NCBI GenBank assembly: GCA_045591285.1
Contig: JAZNSP010000012.1
Location: forward strand, 4,718-68,717
Direction of reading: 5' to 3'
Length of the DNA stretch: 64,000 nt
Source of the DNA: Acutalibacteraceae bacterium
GTDB lineage: Bacteria > Bacillota > Clostridia > Oscillospirales > Acutalibacteraceae
The notes beneath the pieces are model-generated. The model did not search any database. It was not told where the DNA came from and was given only the letters and a program-made list of their open reading frames with translations. The translations under genes were made by a program, and so were the position numbers. Positions 17,940 to 26,475 of this stretch are shown one piece after another (position 1 is the stretch's first letter; each line of letters begins with the position of its first letter).

Positions 17940-18785
17940 TTATTTTGAACTACTCGATTCTATCAACTCGAATAATTCGACTGCTTTTTTTATTTTTACA
18001 ACGTACCCAAGATTCATCATAGTTTCCATTTCAGCGACAGGAACCGCCGAAGTAGGAATATCTTTTATAATAATTTTTCCATCAACAGAAATAGTTGGTC
18101 CGGCATAAAGAACCCCTAAAAGAGAATATGAAGCACTAACTCCAAGACGTAATCCATTATCAGTTGTTTCTTTTTCAAGGCCAGTTTTTCTCAAAAAGAT
18201 AGGGGAGCCACTTGATCCCGGAAAACACGCTGCGTCAATGAGGAAAATCGGTTCTCCGTCATAATCAAGCTTTATGTTTGTTGCTGTGATACCCTTTCTG
18301 ACAACGGGTTTACAGTTATAATCATCCATGATCCCATTAGGATAACCAATCATAATGATATCCTCAATAGCGGTAAGGGAATCATAATCTTCTGGTCTAA
18401 GCAGCATTTCTTTCCCAATGCATCTATAGTACGGTTTCTTGCCTTGTTTTTGCAATTCTTCCATCTCAGAATTTATAAAAACAAAACAAATGTCAATGTC
18501 AGAATCTGGATGATAAAAACAGTTTTTTTGTAAGTCAGGGAGAGTAATTGTGAGGTGATCAGTATCTGCAGGATTGCCGTTTCCATCATCAGAAACTAAT
18601 TTAATCGTTGCAGTTGAATATCCAGAAACAACATGCTTGTTTGTCACCAACGCAAGATAATTCCCGTTTGATTTACTCTCGTAAAGCATGAAAAAGCCTG
18701 TTCCAGATGCGGCTTCAGTTGCATTTGAGCAAATAATTCGTGCGGTTGAATATACCAACTGATCGGCAATGCTATCTTTTATCAT
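17940..18785 (-). CDS. Stand-alone trypsin-like (S1/Trypsin_2-type) serine protease, no signal peptide
   Basis: Triad contexts VTNKHVV (His), DSDIDICF (Asp) and FPGSSGSPIF (Ser). The ATG at 18785 is 7 nt after GGAGG. The longer track ORF (to 18920) runs into the oriT region. Confidence 0.8.
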   Translation of the reverse strand: MIKDSIADQLVYSTARIICSNATEAASGTGFFMLYESKSNGNYLALVTNKHVVSGYSTATIKLVSDDGNGNPADTDHLTITLPDLQKNCFYHPDSDIDICFVFINSEMEELQKQGKKPYYRCIGKEMLLRPEDYDSLTAIEDIIMIGYPNGIMDDYNCKPVVRKGITATNIKLDYDGEPIFLIDAACFPGSSGSPIFLRKTGLEKETTDNGLRLGVSASYSLLGVLYAGPTISVDGKIIIKDIPTSAVPVAEMETMMNLGYVVKIKKAVELFELIESSSSK

Positions 18786-18810
18786 CAGTAATCCTCCTAT
18801 GAGTTTTATG

Positions 18811-18968
18811 TGTGGGATAGCCGCAAAGCGGCGCAAGGGGTGTAACCCCTTGTTTGGAACAAAGTGACGCAAAACAGACAGGACTTCTATCGTCCGGGAT
18901 GTCTGCCTCGCAGAGCGCACATACAGGGCTTGCCCCTGTATAGAAGTGCGCCCTTTGTTCCAAAGGGA
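18811..18968 (+). other. Candidate oriT (MOBQ-type): multi-hairpin GC-rich region with nick-core motif
   Basis: Hairpins: GCCGC-aaa-GCGGC (18820-18832), AAGGGG-tgtaa-CCCCTT (18835-18851), CAGAC..GGAC/GTCC..GTCTG (18875-18905), GCGCAC+ATACAGGG/CCCTGTAT+GTGCGC (18915-18951) and CCCTTTG-ttc-CAAAGGG (18951-18967). AAGTGCGCCCT lies at 18944-18954, just 3' of the ATACAGGG/CCCTGTAT repeat. Confidence 0.65.
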
Positions 18969-19796
18969 TTATTCTGCTGGGATCTCCATTCCTGGCCAAT
19001 AGTTAGCCAATTCGGGAACTTGGTGTTTAACCGCCCATATAGTTTGAATAGCAATACAAAGGACTGGTGTGATGACATCGGTTATTGGGGCGTTTGCCAT
19101 TTCAACGACAGGAGAATGACCTATATCAATATGAGCCCCTCTTTTATCAGATAGGTGTTTAAGGAAATTGTACATACTGAGATCGTAATATCCAATTTTC
19201 TTCAGCATCGAGAAAATAATAGCGTTTTTCTGCGTATCAGTTGCATCTACTCTTGTATGGATTGTTGACATAGACCCTTGATACATTACATCTTTCTTTT
19301 CAAACAACGGTTCAAATATAAGTTTGTCGGCTTTTTTTAATTTGTTCAGTATGTTTTCATACACAAATTCTGGAAGCATATCGGGCAAGTCAGAAACAGT
19401 TTTATCAAACCAAGCTATATTCTGTGCAAGCCATTGTTCAACAGAAATCCATTTATCTTGTGTGGCAATCGTCAGATTAGGACGAATCATCTTCATCTTA
19501 TTATCTAACTCAATCGCCGTTCCAGTTAGAGGTGACAATTTCAAATCTGGTGCCACCTTTAACAAAACCGAATTCTGCTCACATAGCAATTTTCGAAGGG
19601 GCATTACCAATATTCGGTCGAGCATTGGTAGGTATTCTTTCCCCAATTCATCCAGTTGCGTTAAGCACAACCGAATAATATCAAACTCCGTTTCGATTTC
19701 TTTAATCATTCCTTTTCTTCCTAAATTGAATTCCATAACAAAGGATAGTTCTGGATTCATGTTGATTCTATTTGCATTTTGATCCATGGTACTCAT
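18969..19796 (-). CDS. Hypothetical 275-aa protein (mostly helical, no recognised domain)
   Basis: ORF with RBS AAGGAGA 7 nt upstream. It has its own upstream terminator and intergenic region, and G+C is low relative to the element backbone. Confidence 0.6.
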   Translation of the reverse strand: MSTMDQNANRINMNPELSFVMEFNLGRKGMIKEIETEFDIIRLCLTQLDELGKEYLPMLDRILVMPLRKLLCEQNSVLLKVAPDLKLSPLTGTAIELDNKMKMIRPNLTIATQDKWISVEQWLAQNIAWFDKTVSDLPDMLPEFVYENILNKLKKADKLIFEPLFEKKDVMYQGSMSTIHTRVDATDTQKNAIIFSMLKKIGYYDLSMYNFLKHLSDKRGAHIDIGHSPVVEMANAPITDVITPVLCIAIQTIWAVKHQVPELANYWPGMEIPAE

Positions 19797-19849
19797 CTAT
19801 ATTCTCCTTGTATTTTCATCTACAAAATAAGTTGGTGGTAAAATATAAT

Positions 19850-19872
19850 AAAGGCGACCAAAGCCGCCTTTA
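19850..19872 (-). terminator. Terminator hairpin after the four-gene operon
   Basis: AAGGCGaCC-aaa-GcCGCCTT with a T-rich tail on the minus strand. Confidence 0.5.
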
Positions 19873-19901
19873 TTATACCATATTTTTGTGAATTTTTCAA
19901 T

Positions 19902-21311
19902 TTATCGATCCTTGGTCAATTCAGTTTCAATATGACTTTTTTCATTTTTAAGCATATTGATTCTATCCAAGAGAGGTTGACGCTCTGATTCTATAGCCGC
20001 TACCCTTGCTGCTACATCATCTTGAATAGATTTTTTCTGACGCTTAATTGTTACATCAACGCTTTCAATCTGTGTCTGTAAAGAATCAATTTGTACCTGT
20101 AATGCTTTTTTCTGTTTTCCGGCAAACAACCCAAGTTTTGATTTTTCCGCAGTTAAATCATTCTGTTGTTTTTTTAACTCAGCCAACTGACTTTCCGCAG
20201 GAAGTCGCTGTGAAAGATCTTTCTTAATTTCTTCAATCCTTGCCATAAACGAAGCATCTTGACTCGTGAGCGTTCTAAGTTCAGCGTCAATAGCAGTTAA
20301 CCGAGTTTCATATTGCTGTTTTTCAGCTATATGTTCGCTCCAATATTGATCTCTGCGTTCTTTCTTTTTCTGCTGAACAATTTCATCCTTATATCGATGA
20401 ACCCGTTGGTTTATTGCTCTATCAGCATCCAGACATTTTTGATAGTTGATTTTTGTTGCCTCAAGACTATTAAAAGCTTTTGTATCTAATCTGGCAATGA
20501 CACTATATTCGCTGGTGGGTTTCTTGAACGAAGGATTATATTTGCGCACTTCAAAAATCATATTATCATAAACTCTGAGATAAGGTTGCTTATCTGGCGC
20601 AGACAATCCCGAATATATCAAATCATCCTGAGAGTAATTAGTCCATATTTGAGCATAACTACACACTGCTTCACAAGCAGAACAATATAATTCACCGACA
20701 CTCTCAATAAGCGAAGCCGATTCACTTTTAATCACAACATCCATATAACTCTCTATGTATGTGATTACTTTTGAGCCAACTTCTCTGTAGTTATAAATAA
20801 TATCGCTGTTACTTTGATAAAAATCAGTAATATCCAAATATCGTTCTTGAACTTTATCAAACCATGCAGCCATTAACCTTGTCAAATCTACTATAAAGAC
20901 TTCCTTGACTTTTTGTGATATTTCAGTTGGAATGTACGGGACAGATTGTTGATATGCCGCAACCGCCTCTCCTATACGAGGTCTTGCTAAAGTTGTTTCC
21001 CATCCTTGGCACATTCCTTTATAGAAAATGCTCTGATAATCAGTGGGATTGATTTCCAAGACCTTCAAAAAATACTGATATGCTTCTTTTGTATTTCCTG
21101 CATTGTAGGCATTGATAGCCATGTCTTTGTATGTTGCTTCTTTGTCAGAATTATCAACTTTGACAGTACCCTCAACTTGCACAACACCTTCGACCATCAT
21201 TTTTTTAGCTTCTTCAACAGAGTATTTACAACCACAGGTTTGGCATACAAATACGCCATCTTGCTTTAACAAGTCGGTGCTTCCACACATTTCACAAGTT
21301 AATTGTTTCAT
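19902..21311 (-). CDS. Zinc-ribbon / TPR-like / long coiled-coil protein (469 aa)
   Basis: N-terminal CEMCGS-x14-CQTCGC ribbon. TPR-like AINAYNAGNTKEAYQYFLKVLEINPTDYQ. The C-terminal ~170 aa is heptad-rich (QQYETRLTAIDAELRTL...LQVQIDSLQTQIESV...). Confidence 0.7.
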   Translation of the reverse strand: MKQLTCEMCGSTDLLKQDGVFVCQTCGCKYSVEEAKKMMVEGVVQVEGTVKVDNSDKEATYKDMAINAYNAGNTKEAYQYFLKVLEINPTDYQSIFYKGMCQGWETTLARPRIGEAVAAYQQSVPYIPTEISQKVKEVFIVDLTRLMAAWFDKVQERYLDITDFYQSNSDIIYNYREVGSKVITYIESYMDVVIKSESASLIESVGELYCSACEAVCSYAQIWTNYSQDDLIYSGLSAPDKQPYLRVYDNMIFEVRKYNPSFKKPTSEYSVIARLDTKAFNSLEATKINYQKCLDADRAINQRVHRYKDEIVQQKKKERRDQYWSEHIAEKQQYETRLTAIDAELRTLTSQDASFMARIEEIKKDLSQRLPAESQLAELKKQQNDLTAEKSKLGLFAGKQKKALQVQIDSLQTQIESVDVTIKRQKKSIQDDVAARVAAIESERQPLLDRINMLKNEKSHIETELTKDR

Positions 21312-21328
21312 CTATCTACTCTCCTACG

Positions 21329-22009
21329 CTATTTCAAAATTTTGCATTTTTTATTTCGCTCATCCAAAAGCGAATTAAGTTCGGTTATGATCTCCAACTT
21401 ACATGAAGTGGTTTTTAATTCTGCAGCCTTGATGGAGATTATGTTTTCCAAATCCGCTAACTGTTCGTTGCTCATAGGATCGGAATAACGGATTTTTTCA
21501 GCGAGCTGTGTAAGTGCCGTTTTTACGGCGGCATCACTTTCGTTATCTGCCAACAATTCAATATCGGCTTGCAGTTCTCGGATATAGAAAACCTTCTTCT
21601 GTACCTTTGCTTCAACTCGCTCAATTTCATTGCGCCCTGCATCGGCAGAGATCATGCACACCGCAGAAACACCGGCGATAACGGAGCAAACCACGATTGC
21701 ACTCCACGCAGGGAGTGTCGGCACGAACATGAACACGGCAAATGCAATTACTTGAATGACCGCATATACAATTCCAATGTGTACAACCGGAAAACCAAGG
21801 AACTTGCTTTTCAGCGTTTCCTCTTTACCAAGTGCAGTTTTCCAAATGCCGATCTGCACTGCAAATGCAGCAGCGGTGAACACATAAGCAATCCAGAATG
21901 TTGCTGTCTTTATCGTCGGAACAGCAAAAGCGATAATGCTGACCAGCGCAAATAAAATCCCAAGGATTACATATCCTTTTGCTTTCTTCTTCAATATGTT
22001 CACCTCCAT
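21329..22009 (-). CDS. 4-TM membrane protein with cytoplasmic helical tail (226 aa)
   Basis: Four hydrophobic helices in the first ~125 aa, then a charged helical domain. It overlaps the upstream stop by 10 nt. An alternative TTG start at 21994 lies 8 nt after GGAGG. Confidence 0.65.
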   Translation of the reverse strand: MEVNILKKKAKGYVILGILFALVSIIAFAVPTIKTATFWIAYVFTAAAFAVQIGIWKTALGKEETLKSKFLGFPVVHIGIVYAVIQVIAFAVFMFVPTLPAWSAIVVCSVIAGVSAVCMISADAGRNEIERVEAKVQKKVFYIRELQADIELLADNESDAAVKTALTQLAEKIRYSDPMSNEQLADLENIISIKAAELKTTSCKLEIITELNSLLDERNKKCKILK

Positions 22010-23091
22010 GACTTATCTTGATACGGTGTATTTTCAACACCCGTGTTTTGGAGGTATCCCACCATTTTGTCCAATGCACTCTGACATACTTTTTTGAACC
22101 AACAAGTTTCGCCAAACCACTGAACAAGGGTCGGACTGATTGCATAATAAATTCGGATAAATGCTCTGCCATACCAAGTAGCAGCAAGAGTATTATCACG
22201 GAAACGGCGTAAAGTCCACACTTCCGGACAATCATAAGAGCCATATACGCAAGTTGCGACATAACAACCACCACTACTCTGCTGCGTTGTAGATGACACA
22301 GCATTGTAAGAAGGGTCGTATTTTTGAATTTTCATAGCGTACTCGTTAATAATTTGCTGTCCCTGTTGCTTGTTCGGTAATTGACGATTACAATCCTGAT
22401 GAATTTCAACGCCTTGCTTCCATGCTTTTACACAAACATCGGTAAGTTGTCCAAACAAGTGGGGGAATCGTTGCTCGATTTTGTCGCCAACCATATAGCT
22501 GATTGTAGCAATGGTCAAACAGGTCATAGCAACTGATTTCAAATGGGAGGGAAGCTCTGTAATGGATACATTGACACCGTCAGGACTCAACACAAAATTG
22601 TGGAAACTTCCAACCAATGACATACAAGAATCAGCTACATCTTTCAGTGCAGCGATTTTTTCAGATTCTCCATTTTCTTTTTCGTCAATCATATCGAATA
22701 CAGTATCCAGACAAATTACGATTGATTGAGCAGCTTCTTGTACCTCATATTTGTGTGCCTCAGCTGCCTTATAATAAGTGCAGTAGAAGAACGCTTCCCA
22801 ACTCGACGGATCTTCGCTTAAAATCATATTATAGTATTTTGCGGCTTCGGAAACATTGCTGTTTTTTCTGAATCGACGGGCTGTTTGATATAGGTTATCA
22901 AGATTCGGTCCAGCAACATTAACAGTTGCGCCGTAAAATACATTATTATTGGTAATATTTGTCTGGTAATTATTGATTACCTTCTCTGTGATAAAAGTAG
23001 TACCACAACTTTCGCAGATACCGGCTTCTTTCGTGTCGTCAACTTGAATATTTGCACCGCATTGTGTGCATTTAGCAGGGATTAAAGCCAT
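22000..23091 (-). CDS. Zinc-ribbon protein with TPR-like region and C-terminal Cys-rich GCYVATCVYGS...LRRFRD module (363 aa)
   Basis: N-terminal CTQCGA-x14-CESCG ribbon. AAKYYNMILSEDPSSWEAFFY is TPR-like and paralogous to the N-terminus of 19902-21311. C-terminal GCYVATCVYGSYDCPEVWTLRRFRDNTL. Confidence 0.7.
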   Translation of the reverse strand: MALIPAKCTQCGANIQVDDTKEAGICESCGTTFITEKVINNYQTNITNNNVFYGATVNVAGPNLDNLYQTARRFRKNSNVSEAAKYYNMILSEDPSSWEAFFYCTYYKAAEAHKYEVQEAAQSIVICLDTVFDMIDEKENGESEKIAALKDVADSCMSLVGSFHNFVLSPDGVNVSITELPSHLKSVAMTCLTIATISYMVGDKIEQRFPHLFGQLTDVCVKAWKQGVEIHQDCNRQLPNKQQGQQIINEYAMKIQKYDPSYNAVSSTTQQSSGGCYVATCVYGSYDCPEVWTLRRFRDNTLAATWYGRAFIRIYYAISPTLVQWFGETCWFKKVCQSALDKMVGYLQNTGVENTPYQDKSWR

Positions 23092-23106
23092 AATAGAATA
23101 CCTCTC

Positions 23107-24276
23107 TTATCTCTTAGTTCCACACTTCGGACAGAATTTACCGGGCTTGATGAACTTGAAACCGCATTTTACGCAAGTGTCAGACGGTGCTTGTACTGCG
23201 CCACATTCATCACAGAAAGCTGCTCCCGGTGTCAGCTCTGCTCCACATTGGTCGCAGAATTTGTTTGCAGCAGTTTGGGGCTGAACAGCACCCATACCTG
23301 CAAAGGCATCCGAAACAACACCACCGACCATGCCGCCAACAGTACCACCAACGCCTGCCATCATACCCAAGCCAATTCCCATATTAGAGAACTGTCCGGC
23401 AGCTTCATTACGAGCTGCATCCTGCGCCACATCAAAGCCACGCTCCTGCTGATAGGTGTAGCCTTCCTGCATACGCTTGGTAGCCTGTGCCTGCGAATCA
23501 ATGACAACCTTTTGTGCTTCGGTCTGTGCATGAATCACATCGGTCTGCTGACGAAGTTTTGCTTCGGCAATATCGGCGTACTGACGGAAATGCAGTTCCT
23601 TAAATTTTTCATACTGCGAATCACCGTCCGGCTTGACGATGGTGGTAACATAAAAGCGTTTCAGATCTACGCCGTAGTCCAGAAAATCGGGAATCAAGCG
23701 CTCCTTAATATCCGCAGAGAAAGTTTCCAGGCTTTCATCAATTTCAAAAATATTGATGGCATTGGCTCGCATAGTCTGTGCGATATAGGTTTTCACTTTT
23801 GCCATCAATATACTGCGGAAATAGGTTGTAAGTTGCTGACGATCCAGCACACGTTCCGTACCAACCAATTTCACAAGCAACTTACGGGAATCATCCACGC
23901 TGAGTGACATTTCGCCGCTTGCACCAATGGACAGAGGGAACTTATAGGTAGGCTCTACATACTGAACTTTGCTGTCTGTCCCCCAGCGGATTGCCATCTG
24001 TTCAGTCTTATTGATAAAATAGACCTCACAATGGAATGGTGTTTCTCCACCTGTGGGAATGTTGATCAATCTGCGCAGGATAGGAATGTTCTGAGTCTCC
24101 AGGATGTGTCTGCCCGGACCGAACAAATCCAACGCCTGACCATTTAGAAAAAGGATAGCTTCCTGCGATTCATGCACAATCAGTTGCGTGGTTGTATTAA
24201 AATCTTCGCAAGGATGCTTCCATATGAAGGTACTATTGTCGCCTTCATACTTGATGATGTCGGCAATATTTGCCAT
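23107..24276 (-). CDS. SPFH/Band-7-like protein with Gly-rich linker and two C-terminal zinc ribbons (YdjI/COG4260-like)
   Basis: The ATG at 24276 follows GGAGGCGGAG. The N-terminus IIKYEGDNSTFIWKHP...LIVHESQEAILFLNG resembles the YdjI-type SPFH family. GMGIGLGMMAGVGGTVGGMVGG linker. Ribbons CDQCG-x10-CDECG and CVKCG-x10-CPKCG. Confidence 0.75.
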   Translation of the reverse strand: MANIADIIKYEGDNSTFIWKHPCEDFNTTTQLIVHESQEAILFLNGQALDLFGPGRHILETQNIPILRRLINIPTGGETPFHCEVYFINKTEQMAIRWGTDSKVQYVEPTYKFPLSIGASGEMSLSVDDSRKLLVKLVGTERVLDRQQLTTYFRSILMAKVKTYIAQTMRANAINIFEIDESLETFSADIKERLIPDFLDYGVDLKRFYVTTIVKPDGDSQYEKFKELHFRQYADIAEAKLRQQTDVIHAQTEAQKVVIDSQAQATKRMQEGYTYQQERGFDVAQDAARNEAAGQFSNMGIGLGMMAGVGGTVGGMVGGVVSDAFAGMGAVQPQTAANKFCDQCGAELTPGAAFCDECGAVQAPSDTCVKCGFKFIKPGKFCPKCGTKR

Positions 24277-24413
24277 AACTCCGCCTCCTTCGATTTTTTT
24301 ATTGTGTACCTTTGCAAAATACAGAAAAGTTACAATTATCGTTGAAAATGTTCGACTCAACACCTTGAAAAATCATGCATTTTGTGGTAAACTATCATGA
24401 GGTATAATTTAAT

Positions 24414-24452
24414 GCCCTAATTTGTAAAAGTACACCTTTACAAATTTAGGGC
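24414..24452. repeat. 15/16-bp inverted repeat between the resolvase gene and the SPFH operon
   Basis: GCCCTAATTTGTAAA-agtacacc-TTTACAAATTTAGGGC. Confidence 0.5.
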
Positions 24453-24461
24453 ACGATTTGT

Positions 24462-25088
<627 letters not shown>

Positions 25089-25121
25089 TCATAGGCATTC
25101 ACCCCTTTGATGTCTTATATT

Positions 25122-25409
25122 TTACAGCGTTCCAATGCCGTTCTTTTTCGCCCACTCACTTGCCGCCTGTCTCCGTTCCTCACTGTACGGAGCAGTCAAA
25201 CGGAAGCTCAATCTGCCTTTCTCAATCTCAAAGGTCAGCCCGCCTTGTTCATCATCGTCGATCTGGCGACAGCACTGCGGATGCTCTTTCGCAAATGCAG
25301 TTAGTCGATTTTTCAGATCGGTATTGTGAGTCTGCACTTCGATCATGCTCCCGTACTCGTCAAAATAGATTGCTGTGGTCTTTTCTTTCTTGGTAAGTCC
25401 TGTTCTCAT
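25122..25409 (-). CDS. Hypothetical small protein (element backbone)
   Basis: 95-aa ORF with RBS AGGAGG and backbone-like composition. Confidence 0.5.
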   Translation of the reverse strand: MRTGLTKKEKTTAIYFDEYGSMIEVQTHNTDLKNRLTAFAKEHPQCCRQIDDDEQGGLTFEIEKGRLSFRLTAPYSEERRQAASEWAKKNGIGTL

Positions 25410-25557
25410 AAAACCTCCTGTTTTTCATAAATTTTTCTCAGCTCTTGAATTGGAAAAGTGATGCGATTTTCCGATAGAAACACTATAAACGATGCGGAGG
25501 ATGTTTCGTCTCACGCTATCGGCTGATTTGTCATTTTTCCGGCTCTTGACCGTGTTT

Positions 25558-25758
25558 TCACGCTTTTCGGTTTGTGCGGCTTCTCAGCCATTCCACAAGC
25601 TCATTTTTCATTACCAGCTTGCGTCCACCGATCCGCAAGGTTGGAAAATCCGGGTCATTCAAAAGGTTGTACGCACCCGCTTTGGAAATCTGCAATGCTT
25701 TGGCAAGCTGCTTTGCATCCATCACATCGGGCATGGTTTCAAACGGTTCTCTGCTCAT
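25558..25758 (-). CDS. Excisionase-type/MerR-like HTH DNA-binding protein
   Basis: 66 aa. MDAKQLAKALQISKAGAYNLLNDPDFPTLRIGGRKLVMKNELVEWL matches the HTH_17/Xis pattern. Confidence 0.75.
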   Translation of the reverse strand: MSREPFETMPDVMDAKQLAKALQISKAGAYNLLNDPDFPTLRIGGRKLVMKNELVEWLRSRTNRKA

Positions 25759-25778
25759 AAAATCCTCCTTTCGGGCAT

Positions 25779-25811
25779 CAAAAAAGCAGCCACGATTTTT
25801 TGTAGCTGCTC
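25779..25811 (-). terminator. Rho-independent terminator of the 190-aa orphan gene
   Basis: The minus strand reads AGCAGC-tacaaaaaatcgtg-GCTGCT followed by TTTTTT. Confidence 0.6.
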
Positions 25812-25833
25812 TTACAAACTAATGTTGTTCTTT

Positions 25834-26406
25834 TTAGGTTCCTGATGATTCAAAATCAGGTAATGCTTTTCCATTGGCACACAGAATTACTCCCGGATAT
25901 TCGCTATTGAAATAATCGCACTCTATACTTAATGACATCATAGTGGAACCAAGCATACTCTGCATTAAGTACAACTCCATAACCATAAGTGCGGCTAATG
26001 CACTGACAGCATTATTAAGCGTTGCAAGGTTGAATTTCCAAAATGTTTGATGCTTAATGTTGCTATAGTCATCCCACCAGGAAATGCCTACAACTCGCTT
26101 TTTTCCGTCAGCAGGATCTGTGACAACTTTCCAATTTTCAAGAGGTCGTAGCGTTTGGTAATCTGAGGTAATTTCTGTTTCACCAATGTGGGGATACTTT
26201 TGAAGTATCGTTTCTGTGATCTTTCTGATATTTGCATTTTGGATATTGAAATTACTATCAATGCTCAAGCAAATTGCTTTGCAGATATTCTCAAACTCCA
26301 TTGCAGACAGCAGAATGATCTGTTGAAATTCAAAAGAATTTACGCTGGCGTTATTTAGCTCATTATTATCAGAACTGTGATCAACAAATTGTCTTGTGTT
26401 GTCCAA
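25834..26406 (-). CDS. Hypothetical 190-aa protein (low-GC moron; possible HEPN-like fold, speculative)
   Basis: ORF with its own terminator and clearly lower G+C than its neighbours. Helical, with the motifs FENICKAICL and ISWWDDYSNIKHQTFW. Confidence 0.5.
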   Translation of the reverse strand: MDNTRQFVDHSSDNNELNNASVNSFEFQQIILLSAMEFENICKAICLSIDSNFNIQNANIRKITETILQKYPHIGETEITSDYQTLRPLENWKVVTDPADGKKRVVGISWWDDYSNIKHQTFWKFNLATLNNAVSALAALMVMELYLMQSMLGSTMMSLSIECDYFNSEYPGVILCANGKALPDFESSGT

Positions 26407-26475
26407 ACGCTTACAAAGAGAACAAAAGTAGTTCCAATAGTGTTTTTACTTCTTTTTCGGACATTGCCATATCTG

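Noticed and set aside
18786-18920. N-terminal 45-aa extension of the protease ORF (track 17940-18920).
   Set aside because: The extension runs through the hairpin-rich oriT region and has no RBS. The internal ATG at 18785 has GGAGG at ideal spacing.
18786-18968. Structured non-coding RNA (retron msr/msd-like, toxin-antitoxin RNA or riboswitch) between the 275-aa gene and the protease gene.
   Set aside because: There is no reverse transcriptase or other RNA-partner gene in the element. The region contains an inverted repeat followed by AAGTGCGCCCT next to MobA/MobL genes, so an oriT explains the hairpins more economically. An RNA role is not formally excluded.
17940-19796. Gasdermin-plus-protease or HEPN-plus-protease defence pair.
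   Set aside because: The 275-aa protein looks helical rather than gasdermin-like. Its only R..H candidate (DKRGAH) does not fit the Rx4-6H HEPN spacing. The two genes are also separated by the putative oriT.
24277-24363. N-terminal 29-aa extension of the SPFH ORF.
   Set aside because: GGAGGCGGAG lies directly upstream of the ATG at 24276. The extension overlaps the promoter region and has no RBS.
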